From Selaginella moellendorffii (Eukaryota > Plantae > Lycopodiophyta), in the NCBI RefSeq assembly GCF_000143415.4, contig NW_003314288.1, positions 882,642 through 946,641 of the forward strand: a stretch of DNA of 64,000 nt, read 5' to 3'. The notes under the pieces were generated by a model that was not told the DNA's origin, searched no databases, and saw nothing but the letters and a program-made list of their open reading frames with translations. Shown piece by piece: positions 1 to 12,843 of this stretch. The number at the start of each line of letters is the position of its first letter. Position 1 is the first letter of the stretch. The translations under genes were made by a program, and so were the position numbers.

Positions 1-99
1 GCTCTCCATCCATGGGGGATGGGGCGGCTCACGGAATGGCTGGATATCAACGATCGATGTTTGGGTCAACACATCAAAACAGTGAAGAATCAAGTCTGA

Positions 100-1099
100 A
101 CTGCTCTGAAGATGTTCTCCAGCATCACATAAGGCAATGCATCACTCACAAGGCTGGACTGGCACGTAAATTCCGCAGCATGCATCCCTCAATTCATCTC
201 CCCGTGGTTTTTGCACGCAGTAACAAACGTTGCCCATGCAACTCCATCTGCTGGCAAAGGCATATTCTCCAGGACATCCTCGGCCTCTTTCAATCGCCCT
301 AGTCGTCCGAGAGCATCAACAATGCAGGTGTAGTGGTCTTGCGAAGGATCCAATCCATTGTCAAAGCTCATTGCCGTGAAGTAGCTTACTGCTTCCTTGA
401 CGAGCCCCAGATGGCTACACGCCGTCAAAACGATGGCAAACGCTGCCTTGTCGGGGTCAAAGCCGAAAAGTGCTGGAACGCAGAATACGCATGCCCGGTC
501 TGGGCATATGCTGCAAGAATCGTGTTCCAGGAGACCAAGTTCCAAGTTCGCATCTCATCGAACGATTTCTTAGCATCACGAATATTTGCATCTAGAGCAT
601 ATACCACTAGAATTGTGTTCCATGAATAGGAATCCCAGCAGCAAACCAAAGAAAACGCCCGGATCGCCTCTTTGAAACGACCTCTCTGGGCATAAACAGC
701 GATTGTCGCGTTCCATGAAACAAGATCTCTGTGTGGCATTTCTTCAAACAATTGTTTTCCTTGATCAACATCACCTTTTTGGGCGTATGACTTGATCATA
801 ATCTCCACAAAAGTACGCTGTGCTGAGGCATCCTATCAAACAAACTCTTGGCTTGAATCAAATCCCCATTTTGGGCATAGCAGCAGTGCATCGCCCCCCA
901 GAGGATCGCGTTTCGGTGGACAATCTCCTGGAAGACATCCTCCGCCTCCTCCACGAATCCATTCTCCGCAAACATGACGAGCATCACCGCGCGAGTGATC
1001 GGGCATGGAATCAAACGCGGCCTTCGCATCGCCCACTCGCCCGCGCTGCGCGAAACCCTGCACGAGGATCGTCCACGCTACCTTGTTTCTAGTTACCAC
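100..1099 (-). pseudogene. PLS-class PPR-E gene, frameshifted
   Basis: Overlapping ORFs 836-1099, 796-1029, 425-808 and 189-545 carry consecutive PPR motifs (VAWTILVQGFAQRG, LVSWNATIAVYAQRG) and the C-terminal ACSHLGLV..HYTCIVDALGRLG..WATFVTAC (L2-S2-E1) in different frames, with a stop inside the E region. Confidence 0.85.
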
Positions 1100-1778
1100 C
1101 CTGTCTAGGCAAGATCTTCTGCAGTTGAGCTCTGAAGAGGAGGTGCCAACTCAGGTTTCGTGGATATAAACCTGACACAAGCACTTTGAAGAGAAGAGCT
1201 TTGGATTGAATTCCTGGGTGTGGCACATTCTAAATAACTGAATTCCACTCTACTTTTGCCCGGACTTTGCACCCGCTGGAGTTTCTAAAGTTTCTACATA
1301 TGTCGTTGGTGATCAAGTGTTGGTGAGTTATCAGGTGTTGCGGATCCAAGGTTTTTGCTGCGTAGGTCCTTATCACATCGTCCAACAAGTTGGTCCACAA
1401 ATCTATGTGGGGCACTCAATGCACAACGTCAAGAGAAGATCCATGTGAAGCAATTAGCTCGATATTGTGTGTGAACAGATTGATGTAAGGAACCTACCAT
1501 ATATTCTATGGTAGATATAGATAAACTCAACAAGATTAGAATACACTAACTTTTTAATATTAATAAATTAACAATTTTTAATGTGTATTTATGGAGCCCA
1601 CAAGAGTAGGAGTGAGGTGTTATCATATTATGAATCCCAGAAGATCAAGAGTGAGAGGTGTTAATCACATTATTTATATGCTCCATATGATCCTGAGGTT
1701 TAGGGGGCCCAGGTAAGTAAGAGGAAGGAAAAAAAAGAATTAATTAGAGTGAAAATGCGAGTTATTGTGAAATTAGAG

Positions 1779-3451
1779 TATAAATGTGAGTTAAGAGTTA
1801 ACACGAGCTAAGAGTAAAAACGTGATGTAGCAGCTTAAAAGAGGGAAGTAGGAATGCTCGGATGGAGTTCCACCAGGTAGAAAAGACAAGTCATACCTCA
1901 AGCCTCGGATTGCTCCCAACCCCCTGCCTCCACCGGTTGCCTACTTTAACCAAGCCCCGAACCACCCAGCAGTTCTGGCGCACAGGGATGACATCAGCCC
2001 CAACCTCTTGCTCCACTGCTCCTACTTCTAAGCTGCTAGCAGCTTCTCCCCCCCTTAAGAAAAAAGGTCTGTTGTTCTCTTGGAGTTCAAGAGGCATCCT
2101 CTTCACCGTCTCCTCTGTTTTTGCTAGCTAGTTAGCTCTTACAAGGAGGAGCACAAGCCAAGTTCAGCTCCATGCTCAGCTCTATCATCTCCTCTTTAAG
2201 ACACCTCACCTCTTTGAAGCCATTCAGGAGAGCTAGCACGCTTCACGTCTAGACGTCCCCCCCCTTTTTTTTTTTGCGATTGTCTCTTCAAACTCACAAA
2301 CCTTACCAAGCCGAGTGAAGGTTTTGAAACCCCATGAGCCTTTTTCCATCTTCCAGTTGAGCTCTCCAACAATCTTGACGTGCAGATGCGTGCAAACTGC
2401 TCCTTGAGTCAGGACCATTTCTCCAGGAGATAACTTATGCTACAACACTCTCCGTTCGACGATCTCAATGTGGAAAGATCCACAAAGCTGTCCCACTCAT
2501 CATAGTTGTAGAAGAAATCATCCTCATACTGCATCTGCAACCTTGCTCGAGCCCAAGCCTCCGCCATCGCAAGCTTCTCCCTCATCTTGATCACCTGAGG
2601 CGGCAAAACAAGTAAAGTCCAGGTCCTGACGAACAACAATGGAATACACCTTTCCTGGGTACCTGTCTCGAAACCTGTGACAAGTACAGTGGACGATGTG
2701 GTGTTTCAGATCGCACGGAATGATAACTTGATGAAAGCAACAAAACCATCGAGCTCGCTCTTTGGGGATCAATTATCATCTCCTCCTTTGAAGCAATGAG
2801 CAGCAGGCCTTGATCGCATCCAGAAGTGCTAGAGATAGTCCGCAAAAGCAAGTTTGACACCAGTTATTTTGGCAACACAGAAGAAAAAGAAGAAAAATAA
2901 ACTCAAGTTTCAAAATTTATAGAGATCCATACAATCCAAATCAAGATCAATCCTCCACGAACTTAATGCCGCTTTCAGCACCTCCAATCTCTGCCGAAAA
3001 ACGTAGCCACGGTATGCCACAATCGTTCGCTTGAAAATCTGAAGATGTCAATCGAAGCATGCAAGCAAAAACATGAAGTAAAGAAGCGCAGGTGGACAAC
3101 AAAGGAGATGAACCGAGTGAGGCCAAGAACACATATAAGGACTGAATGTAAGCACGTGAGGCCTCGCGCGGTTTTATCCTCCGTGCGTGGCTTCATGTGC
3201 GAAGAGTTTGGTGTGGTAAGGTATGTTGCGGAGCAGCCAGAAGCCCAGGGTGAATATAAGTACATGAGGCCTTGTGAGGTTTTACCACCGCCCAAGGACT
3301 CCTGTGCATGGGCCCGGGCAAGAGTCATTTGTGAAAGTGTTCTGCATGAAACTGGTGCCCTGAGGCTTCTGGCCCCATGAAGAGCATTTTTTATTTAATT
3401 TGTGTAGAGTGTGGTTTATTTTTGCATATTGAGTGTATCGATATCTTTTAG
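1779..3451. repeat. 1.67-kb unclassified block, inverted copy of 36163-37810
   Basis: Reverse-complement match at both ends (tataaatgtgagttaagag... and ...gatatcttttag). Near-identical ORFs occur in both copies (3045-3380 vs 36265-36570; 2591-2860 vs 36755-37114). Confidence 0.9.
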
Positions 3452-4100
3452 TTAGCAGATTCTTTCCACTGCGGATGAAAAGCGTGATCATCACATTCCA
3501 AGAGATCTCGTTCTTCTCTGGATCCAATTTGAAAATCTCTCGCGCTTTATCAAGATGCCCGTTGTCGGCATATGCCGTTCCACGATCGAATTCCACGTCG
3601 AGGCATCTCGCCGGAGCATCCCATCGAACGTTCTGCGCGCTCGATTTAGATCTTTCACCTGTGCGTAGGCCTGGATCATGATGCTGGAGGAGAAGAGCTT
3701 AGGATTCTCTATGGATTCGAAGATTGCACGGGTGTCATCGACACTGCCGCGTTTGCCATACATCTCGACGAGCAGATTCGCGAGGTATTTGTTGCGGCGG
3801 TGCTCGCTCTGCGCAATGCGGGCGTGGATTTGCCTCCCCTGTGACAGATCCCGGCAGTTCTTGAGCAGTGCTCCGCAGGAGAGCAAGCAATCCTCTGAGG
3901 TGACTGTGGAAATCACGAAATTGGGGAAGAGCAATGCCATAAACTTTGCTGGATCTCACACGCATTCGCGATTCGCGAGGTATTCCTTGCGAGAATCCGG
4001 GCGCGACCTCCACAGCTCTTGAGAATCCTGGACGGAGAAAGAACATTCCAATCTAGCTTGGAGATCACGGCTAAGAAGAAGAAGATAATCCATCTTGCCT
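3452..4100 (-). pseudogene. Truncated PLS-class PPR gene fragment
   Basis: ORFs 3491-3940 and 3282-3596: LSQGRQIHARI..YLANLLVEMYGKRGSVDD, then a frameshift to AYADNGHLDKAREIF..ISWNVMITLF. The fragment is cut off by the 1779-3451 block. Confidence 0.8.
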
Positions 4101-5084
4101 TGCAAGAACAAGGACACCCTGGAAGAAGCAAAGATTTTACTCTCTGGTGACAATTCCTCTACTCCACTGGGCTTATAAGATTGGCTCTCTCCTCCATTCT
4201 CTATAGCTATGAATTTCCATCTCTCTTTCTTGCTCCTCGAGATACTAGTGTTCTAGGGAGCTGTCGCTCTAAATTCGCCCCCATCGCTCCCTCTCCGCCC
4301 AATTCCCTCATGGCGCCAGCTCCAGTTCCACTCGCGCCGCCTCTCGATGTTCTTCCACTTCGGCGTCAACACACTCACGGACTCGGAGCGTGGATCCGGC
4401 CACGAATCGCCCTCCATCTTCAACCCGGAGCGATTGAATGCGTCGCAGTGGATGGACGCGGCCCAATCCACGGGCGCGCAGCTCATGATCCTCACGGTCA
4501 AGCACCACGACGGGTTCTGCCTGTGGCCCTCGGCCTACACCAATTTCTCCGTGGCTAGCAGCTCTTGGCGAGGAGGGAAGGGGGATGTGGTGGCCGAGTT
4601 CGTGGCCACCGCCAGGGAGCATGGATTGGACGTGAGCTTTTACCTCTCGCCATGGGATTTGCACGAGAGCTGCTATGGCGACACTCTTCTCTACAACGAG
4701 TTCTACTTGGCTCAGCTCCGAGAGCTTCTTACTGGGTGAGTGAGACATTCTTTGCTTCTTCTCCACGCATTTTTCTTGGTGGCATGATCACTGTGTGATA
4801 TGTTTGCATTTCCTCCAGCCCATCAAACGGTTTTAGCATTAGGAGCTCGCGAGCTTGTGGGCTTTTGTAGTTTTCATCTCTAGCAGCAGATGCCTTGACG
4901 CGGCATTTTGTTTTGGCGTGCAGATATGGGCCAATCTCCAAGGTGTGGCTGGATGGTGTGAAATCATCCACTGCAGTGAACATGAGCTACGATTTTGAGC
5001 TCTGGTTTGACACGATTCATCAGCTGCAACCCGGTGCCAACATCTTTTCTGATGTTGGCCCCGACATCCAATGGGTTGGGAACG

Positions 5085-8000
5085 TGTTGGGGGAAGGAGG
5101 GGCACCTCCCCCAACGTTTGTTCAAACATGAGAAATGCTTTAATGCTCTCTGCAAATGCCTTGCAAGGGTTTTATACAAAGAAAATGGGGAATATTCTAA
5201 GGACTAAAATATTTTTTCTCTCTCTCACTCTCTCAATGGCCACGCTTTAACATGCAACCACTGTGGATTGTGTTGGCTCCAGACATGTGAGAACCCTCCA
5301 AAAAGTGTAGAATGTACCTTTGCTACTAATGCTAAAAAGTGTAGAATGTACCTTTGCTACTAATGCTAAGTGTTGGTAACTGCGTGAAATAATAAAAACT
5401 TTAGAAAACAAAGTGGAAAAAGAAAGAAAAGAGGTAGATGTAAAGTTTGGAGACAGGGAAGAAAACCTAGTGGGAAACCTTGTAGTCAAACTAGACTTTG
5501 AAGTTAAAGAAAAAGTGTAGAAAAAATGTGAAAAGAAGAGAAAAATAGAGGAAAAAAAGTGAGTACTTAAAGAAGTTAACCTATACCTGGATTTTGGCTC
5601 AGGAAAGTGTAATATGCAAATGCAACCTTTTGATGACTTCCAATATGCTCCAAGGATTGGCCGAAATTGAGAAAGAAAGAGAGGTAGAAGAGGGGATGCA
5701 TTGCCCAAGAGTGGTAATTGTAGAAATGATAAAAGATATAGTGGAGTGATATGGTGGAGTGTTGAGATGGTGTTGGCACTCTGAGAAGGTGGCCATCTCT
5801 GAAAGTGTCAGGCCTATGGTTTAATGTGTCGGATTGAAGAAGACAGCAGCTGAAAAAGACAACGTAGTCGCTAGGTTGTTGGTAAAGAGAGGTGGCATGT
5901 GTCCACTGAGTGTTGGAGCAAAAGAAAGTGGCTTCAGCTTCTGTAACCTCGCCTAAAGATCCACCTAGGTGCCTTGAGTGAACAGGTTCACCCAGTTGGA
6001 AGAAAGTTGCTCCAAAAAAGCTAGTGCATTGTCGGTAAATGGTCGTAAGGATATCTTGGAAATTGCACGTCCAAATGAGGTGGTGTCTTCTATTGCTATT
6101 ACATGTATGTATATCCATGGTATGGTGTAAATGTGACCTCAAACGGAGAAGTGCACGATGGTGAAAGAATGAAAGATGCAAAACGGGCATTTAGAGGTAA
6201 GTGCGGGCAATGCTGCTGGAAGTTATTGGTGATGGAACTGTGAGTGTAGATGATATGGAATGGGTGTGGGAAATGTGTGGGTATAGTAATGGTAAAGGAA
6301 GGGCCAAAGAACCTAAAACATAGACCAAGCTAAGCAAGGAACCTCCATACAAATAGCAATGCAGCCTGAGCACGAAATCCAAGGCATGGGCCATGGTCCA
6401 ATGGAGAAACACCCCCTGAAAGTAAGAAAAAGGAGCCATGAAAGTAAAGTGAAAGAAAGGAAGAAAAAGAAAAAGAAGAGAAGAAGAATGCCTCACCGGA
6501 TGAAGCGTTTAAGGTGAGAGTGGTTGTGAGCGTGTGAGAGCACACATCCCTCAGCATCAATTAACACATATGCTCTGCCTCTAATGTGTCACTGGACAAA
6601 GTAGGGGCCAGTCCAGCGAGGGGAGAACTTCAAAGGTGGTGTGAACTGCTTGAGTAGAACAAGATTGCCATTCCCGAATGGTTCAATAGACTGTTGGTGA
6701 TCAATGACAGACTTGATCTTCTGCTTGCCTCGAAGGAGATGTTCAGTTGTGGATCGTCATTGTTCTTCCAAGGCAAGAACATCCAAGTCACATGCATGAA
6801 GCTTGTCCTCATCGCTAAGTTGCATTGCTGCTATGTATCGAAGTGAAAGTGAGAGTGATGGCACTTGGATCTCCACTGGAAGCACAGCCTCTGTCCCATA
6901 GATAAGGGAGAATGGGGTTGTGGAGATGGATGTCTTGAAGGATGTCCAAAAGGCCCACAACGCCATAACCAAGTGCTCGTGCCAATGCCTTGGGTGATCC
7001 TCCACAAGCTTTGAGATGACTGTCTTCAATATCTTGTTGCTGGACTCCACCTGGCCATTGCACTCAGGATAATAGCTGCTGCTCTCACATGCTTGACCTG
7101 CAGCCATTGGAAAAGATGCTGCATCACCTGTCCAGGGAAGCTGTTGCCACGATTGGAAATCAAAATGGCAGGAACTCCGAATTGACAAATAATGTACTCG
7201 TAGACAAACTTTGCTATAGACTGTTGATCTGCCTATCACAGAGGGGTGGCCTCAACCCATTTTGTGAAATAGTCCATCGCCACGATGATGTATCACTGTT
7301 CTTTTGAGCTTAGTGGGTTGATCGGGCTGACGAAGTCAAGTCCCCACTAGAAAAAGGGACCCAGAGAAGTGATGAGCTGGAAAGGGAGACATGGAAAATG
7401 GCTCCAGGGGTTGAAACGTTGGCACTACTCACATGTCTTTGCATAGGCCAAGCTATCCTAGTGAATCCGAGGCCAAAAGTAGCCATGGCACAAGAGGAGT
7501 GTTGCTGTGACCCATCCTGAGAAATGCCCCGCACAAGAGTGGAAAGCACGAAGGATCTCAAGGACCTCATATTCACCCACACACCACAACAAAACTGCCT
7601 AAGAAGTTCTCCTGTAAAGGTGTCTGTCGAGAAGGCAAAACACCTGTGCTCAGATCTCCAATGCCTTTTGTTGCACTGATGAGGAATCTGCTGGGAATCT
7701 GCTGGGAACTGACCTGAATCTAGGTACACTACAATGTTCTGTAATGCTGCTGGGACCACAAAGGAAGTAGCTTTAGCAACCAGGAACTCGCTCAAATCCA
7801 TCACACGCTTCCACTGCATGTGAAAAGTTGGCTGGAACTCTTGGATGGTCACAATCCAAGATAAAGTACTTGGACTGTGAACTGGTCACTATAAAAGAAA
7901 GGTCAGTGCATTAAAACAGACATGGAAATGAATACAAGCTCCAGCAAGAAAGTGATGAAATCACTCCAAGGTGTAAACAACAGTCATTGCTTCTTTTTCC

Positions 8001-11000
8001 ACATCCACGTACTTCTTCTTAGTCTCCTTAAATGAATGTGAGGCATAGTATGTTGCATGTGGTGGCTTTCCAGGTTGTAAACATTGGCAAAGGCATACTC
8101 CAAAAGCCTTTGTACCTGTCATGATGTAAATGTCAAAAGGAAGTTATTGTTCTGGTGGTTGGAGTACCAGGGCCATGTAGAGTGACTGCTTTAGTGATTC
8201 AAAGGCTTGTTGCTGGGACTCACCCCAGACAAATGGAACATTGTGTTGTAGTAGAGCTACCAGAGGCCGTGAACATGCAGCATAGTTGTGGAGGAAACAG
8301 CAAAAGAAACTCATTTGCCCGAGGAAGTTGCGAAGCTGCTTCATATTGGTTGGTGGGTTCTGATTCAAAATCTCCTAAGCCTTGGCTACCTGGGGCTTGA
8401 TCCCCTCCTGTGAGACATCAAAGCCTAGCAACTGGCCTTCAGGCACCCCAAATTTACACTTTGTTGGGTTCAATGAAAACTTGTGTTGTCGGCAGTGAGT
8501 GAAGATCTGCTCCAAGTGCACAAGGTGGTCCTTGAAGGAGTCAGAGGTCATGCATAGATCATCCATATACACCCTCAAGGTGCCTCCAATCAAGTCGTGA
8601 AAGGTGTGGGTCATAAAGCACTGAAAAGTAGCTCTAGCGTTACACAAGCCAAACGGGAGGACGTTGAAAGCGAAGATGCCCCAAGGTGTCTAGAAGGTCA
8701 TAAGATCTCGATGATCGGGATGAATGAAGATCTGGTTTTACCCTGAAAAACCATCTATGAAAGAGTAGTAACAGTGTCCAGCCATCTCATCCACAATCGC
8801 ATCAATAAATTGAGTTGGAAAGTGATCTTTCACAGTTGCCTTGTTCAAGTCTCAAAAGTCAATGCAGAGGCAGATTTTTCCATTTGCCTTGCGTGCAGGG
8901 ACAAGATTGGTCACCCACTCTAAGCTCTCCAAAGGGTAAATAAAGCCGGCTGCCAGAAGTCGCTCGATCTCCAACTTCATCTCTAAGTGAGCTACCGGGC
9001 TGAAACGCCACATCTTTTGACGGACTGGTTTGGTTGACTCTGAAAGCACAATACTTGGAGTCTTTGTCTGTTGTTCTCTTTGCTTCTGATGCTTTGAGCA
9101 CTCAATGTCCAATGCAAGAACTGTAGCCAAGTACTCTGCAAGTGAAGGAAGATCCTTCACCGAAGTCAAGTCCAACTCTGGTGCTAAAGTTTTAGTGTAA
9201 TACACTTGGATCTGTACCGAGAGCTCCACAGTAGGAAATTCTGAACTCAAAGAGTCATAACTCACATGCAGCACATCCAATTGGCTTGATTCTTTTTGAA
9301 AGTTGTGTCTCTTGATGTCATCCTTTGTCTCCAAAAAACGGCATAACAAAATACACTTAGAGTTGTCTGCTACCATGATTTTAATAGGAAGATGCTGGCT
9401 GTGTGACACCTCAAATAGTTGCTAAGGAGGATTGAGTTTGGCTATGTCCTGTGAGAGATGGACCTGGTCTAGAGTGACTGTGTCATCAAGCTCCATAAGA
9501 GAGAGTTGGACCCATGCAAGGAACAAATTGAAAAGCTTTTCCTCTATCAAGAAACACTCCGAAAAGCTGGATATGGGAGCCTGTACCCTATGAACCCTGC
9601 CATCAAATAAAGAGGGCGTGGCTAGAGGCTTGGCCTTACTCTCAAATAAAGAGAGTGAAGCTGAGAGATGTCTCGAGCTATCTGACTCACCTCCAACAAT
9701 GTCGATCACATTGCATGAGAAAGCATCCGTCATATAGATGGTTGACTCCACCTCCAACTCAGGAAAAACCTTTATGAGCTTAACAGGAAAGTGTGGTGTG
9801 GAGGCCATCTTAGTCTGAGCCTGTTGGGCTTGCTGAGAAAAAGCTCTACTATGGTTGTTGAGAAAGGTGGCGTTATGGGTTCCATCACTAATTTCCATCT
9901 TGCCTTGTGTGCTGTCAATGGTGCAATAGACTATGACTTGCCGTGAGTGGCCAAGGATGATAGAGTCCTTCAATGAGGATTTTCCAAGATGTTGGTAGTC
10001 AACCATGAGGAAATCTACCTTAGAAATAAAACCCTGCACTGAGACCTTGACACCACAGTAAATGCCCGCTGGAGGAATGGTGTGGTTGGCGAAGGTCTTG
10101 AGCACGATGGAAGAGCTCTTAGTGATCTATAGCTGTGCCGAAAGGGCAGTTTCGAGAAAGATAATGTTGCTTCCAGAACCAAAGTCAACCAAAGCATCCA
10201 CTCTACAATAGGAAGTACCAATCTGCACTGGGATGAAGAATGGACCAAGATCTCCACCATATCTTGTCATGTCGACAATGTGCATCTCTTGAGGAGTCCT
10301 CTTGAAAGTGCTCTTTGGTGTTCCTAACCGTGCAAACTCCTCTAAACACTGGCTGAATCCCAAGACAAGACACAACATGTCTCAGAGCGAAAAGGTGACG
10401 GGAGTGTCAACCAGCTGTTGAAGAACTGGCTCCAAAACAGGAATAGCTATTGGTGAGATCTTAGGAGGAGAAAAGAGTTGTGACTTGAAGGGAAGCTTAC
10501 AAGCCACCCTCTATGTCACTAGATTTGGTGCCGACAGAGATTCACTCTCAACCAATACTGGGGGATTGATGCCAGGCTGAGCGGTTGCCTTCTTCTTCAC
10601 TTGGGCTCGAGTGGTTGCTGTTTGCTATTGTTGTCTATAGAGTTCCTCAGCTACCAAAATTGTGTTGACTGATTAGTCTGGTGCCTTGCCTTTGCTTGAT
10701 GAAGGGGCTGCCTCCATTGCTAGTTGCTCCAATTGCTCCTGATATGTCTCTGGACCCCCAGACAATGTGGAATTGTCGGCAAAGGGACATTGTTGGACAC
10801 ATTGAGAAGGTGGAGGCTGAAGCTTTGGGAGAAGCTTGTAGCTGCACTGTGTGTTGTGTGTGTTCGTCTCGCAGTGAGTGCACCAACAGGACTTAAATCT
10901 GCGTTCCTAAGCTGTAGCAGCCTCTTTCCTGGACTCCACCAGCTCCTGAAGTAGTTTTTCATGGTGTGATTGTTGCTGAAGAATGATCTCCTTCAGCTGC

Positions 11001-12843
11001 CACATCTCATTGCCAAAGTTCTCAATAGCCGAAGGTGTATGCTCAATAGCGACAGGCTTTGGTGTGGACAGTGAACAGCTGCATAAGGTGACTCTGATGG
11101 GGTGATGGCTTGGTCGAAATCAACTTTAGCAATCCCCCTTTTTCCAGCTTCATGGCAAACAAAAATGCCTCGTGGCAAGATCTGAATGTCTTCTTAAGAA
11201 GTTTCCGCTGCAGTTCCCACGCAGACCTGCTGTGAATGCCACGATCCCCTGTTGCTCATCTTGGACCACTCTGCAATCCCAACACTGCTTCCAGTATGCT
11301 TGAAACCGGGTGATGTAGTCAGGAACATTCTCGTGAACACCCTGCCAAAACAAAAAGAAGTTGACATGTAGCCAATTTGTGGGTTTTTCTTCAACGAAAC
11401 GTTCTCTGAAAGAAATAAGTAGTCTCTAGAAGTCTATCTGGTCCTCTGGGAGGAGAGAATCTGCCCAAGTTGCTACTTTGCCTTCCAGAGACTGCAAGAA
11501 GTCACGGCTATATGATCATCGTCGATGATCATGTTTGTGGTGTAGTAGTAATCAAAGCAACTGATATATGATGTTGGAGAGATTGTTCCAACACCTAAGA
11601 AGGTCTATAGATCACTCCCCTTCTGCAGCACATGGAGCTGAGGTCGAGCTAAAGGTGGCTGTGCCATAACTCGTAGATCAAAGTCACTAGAATCTGCCAA
11701 AGATGAAGAGGACTTGGCACGAGAAGGTGCTGTGTCATACCTAAGTTGCCTTTGGATGTTAAAAAGTTTACTCTATAAGTTAGGGCCTTGAGGTATAGTA
11801 AAAGGGTGCCAATTTGTCGCACGTCTAGTTTGTACTAGCATCAAATACCCTAAATGCCCAGTCAAGGCAACTGGGTTGACAGGAGCAAGAAGATTGTAGG
11901 CTAGTGCTCAAGTTGCTCAAAGTTGCCCAAAATGCCTGTGACGAAGAGAAATAAGGGTGAAAATGGAAGGAGATGTAGGCCTCAAACACACATAGCCATT
12001 AACCCATAGAGTAACCGCTAACCTCTTGTAGTAGCCGATAACCGGTAACCAGTAACTAGTAATCAGTAACTAGGGACCTGTAACCTGTAACTAGTAACCC
12101 CCTACTCTCGCTCCTACTCCTACACCAACTTCTGTTCCTACTCTTGTCCCTGTTCCTACACCTACTCCTGCTCCTTGAAAATTCCTTCGTTCCCAAGGAA
12201 TTCCTAACAAAGTTTAGCCCAAAAGAGAAAAATGAATCCTTTAGTCTTGATCCTTCCCTATTTTGACTATCGTTGGAAAGGGCTCAGCCCCGTCTACCCT
12301 CTATCACAGGAATTTGGGAAAAAGCCGCCTCAATATTCCCCAAAATCCAAGAAGAGGTAGCCTAGAACACTAATATTGTGGAAAAACATGTGCATGTCAC
12401 TGATGTAGATCGATAATAAGGTGCCATTGGTATTTATGGAAAGCCTAGGACTAGGAGCACCTCTAGAAACAAACGGCATCCAAAACAAGGTATGGAGAAG
12501 CACAAATTCCTACTATAAAGATGACCCAATTTAGCCAGAGAAGAAAATTCTTTTGCATGCTGTTAATTTGCCTAAATTTAGCCACAAGAATCACCACTAC
12601 TCATAGATCTAGGCCAGATATACAAGCCCAAATGCACTACTTTGAGAAATTGGGCCAAGGATCTAGGCAAAAAAGTGAAAACTCCAAAATGTTCATCAAA
12701 CTGAGCCAAGAAATGTTGTATTTCTGTAATTACTGCACGGATTGATTAGCGTCATACCTTGCTGGAAAGAGGAGCTCCAGACCTATCCAACACACCTAAG
12801 ATAAAACAAAACCACCACAAGATGAACAAGAAATTCCTTCCCA
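5085..12843 (-). mobile_element. Degenerate Ty3/Gypsy retrotransposon (non-chromovirus type) inserted in fucosidase exon 2
   Basis: Minus-strand order: gag (~11150-11600), protease (ALVDFGSGSNII, ~10200), RT (GKICLCIDF, PFGLCNA, VYMDDL; 8375-9000), RNase H (~7900-8140), integrase (NGQVESSNKILK, TPFSLIYGTEAVLP) and KFSPRWTGPY (~6600). Ends are TG...CA and removing the element rejoins the fucosidase codons. Many stops and frameshifts. Confidence 0.88.
5301..5368 (+). repeat. 34-bp tandem duplication
   Basis: aaaagtgtagaatgtacctttgctactaatgcta occurs twice. Confidence 0.85.
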
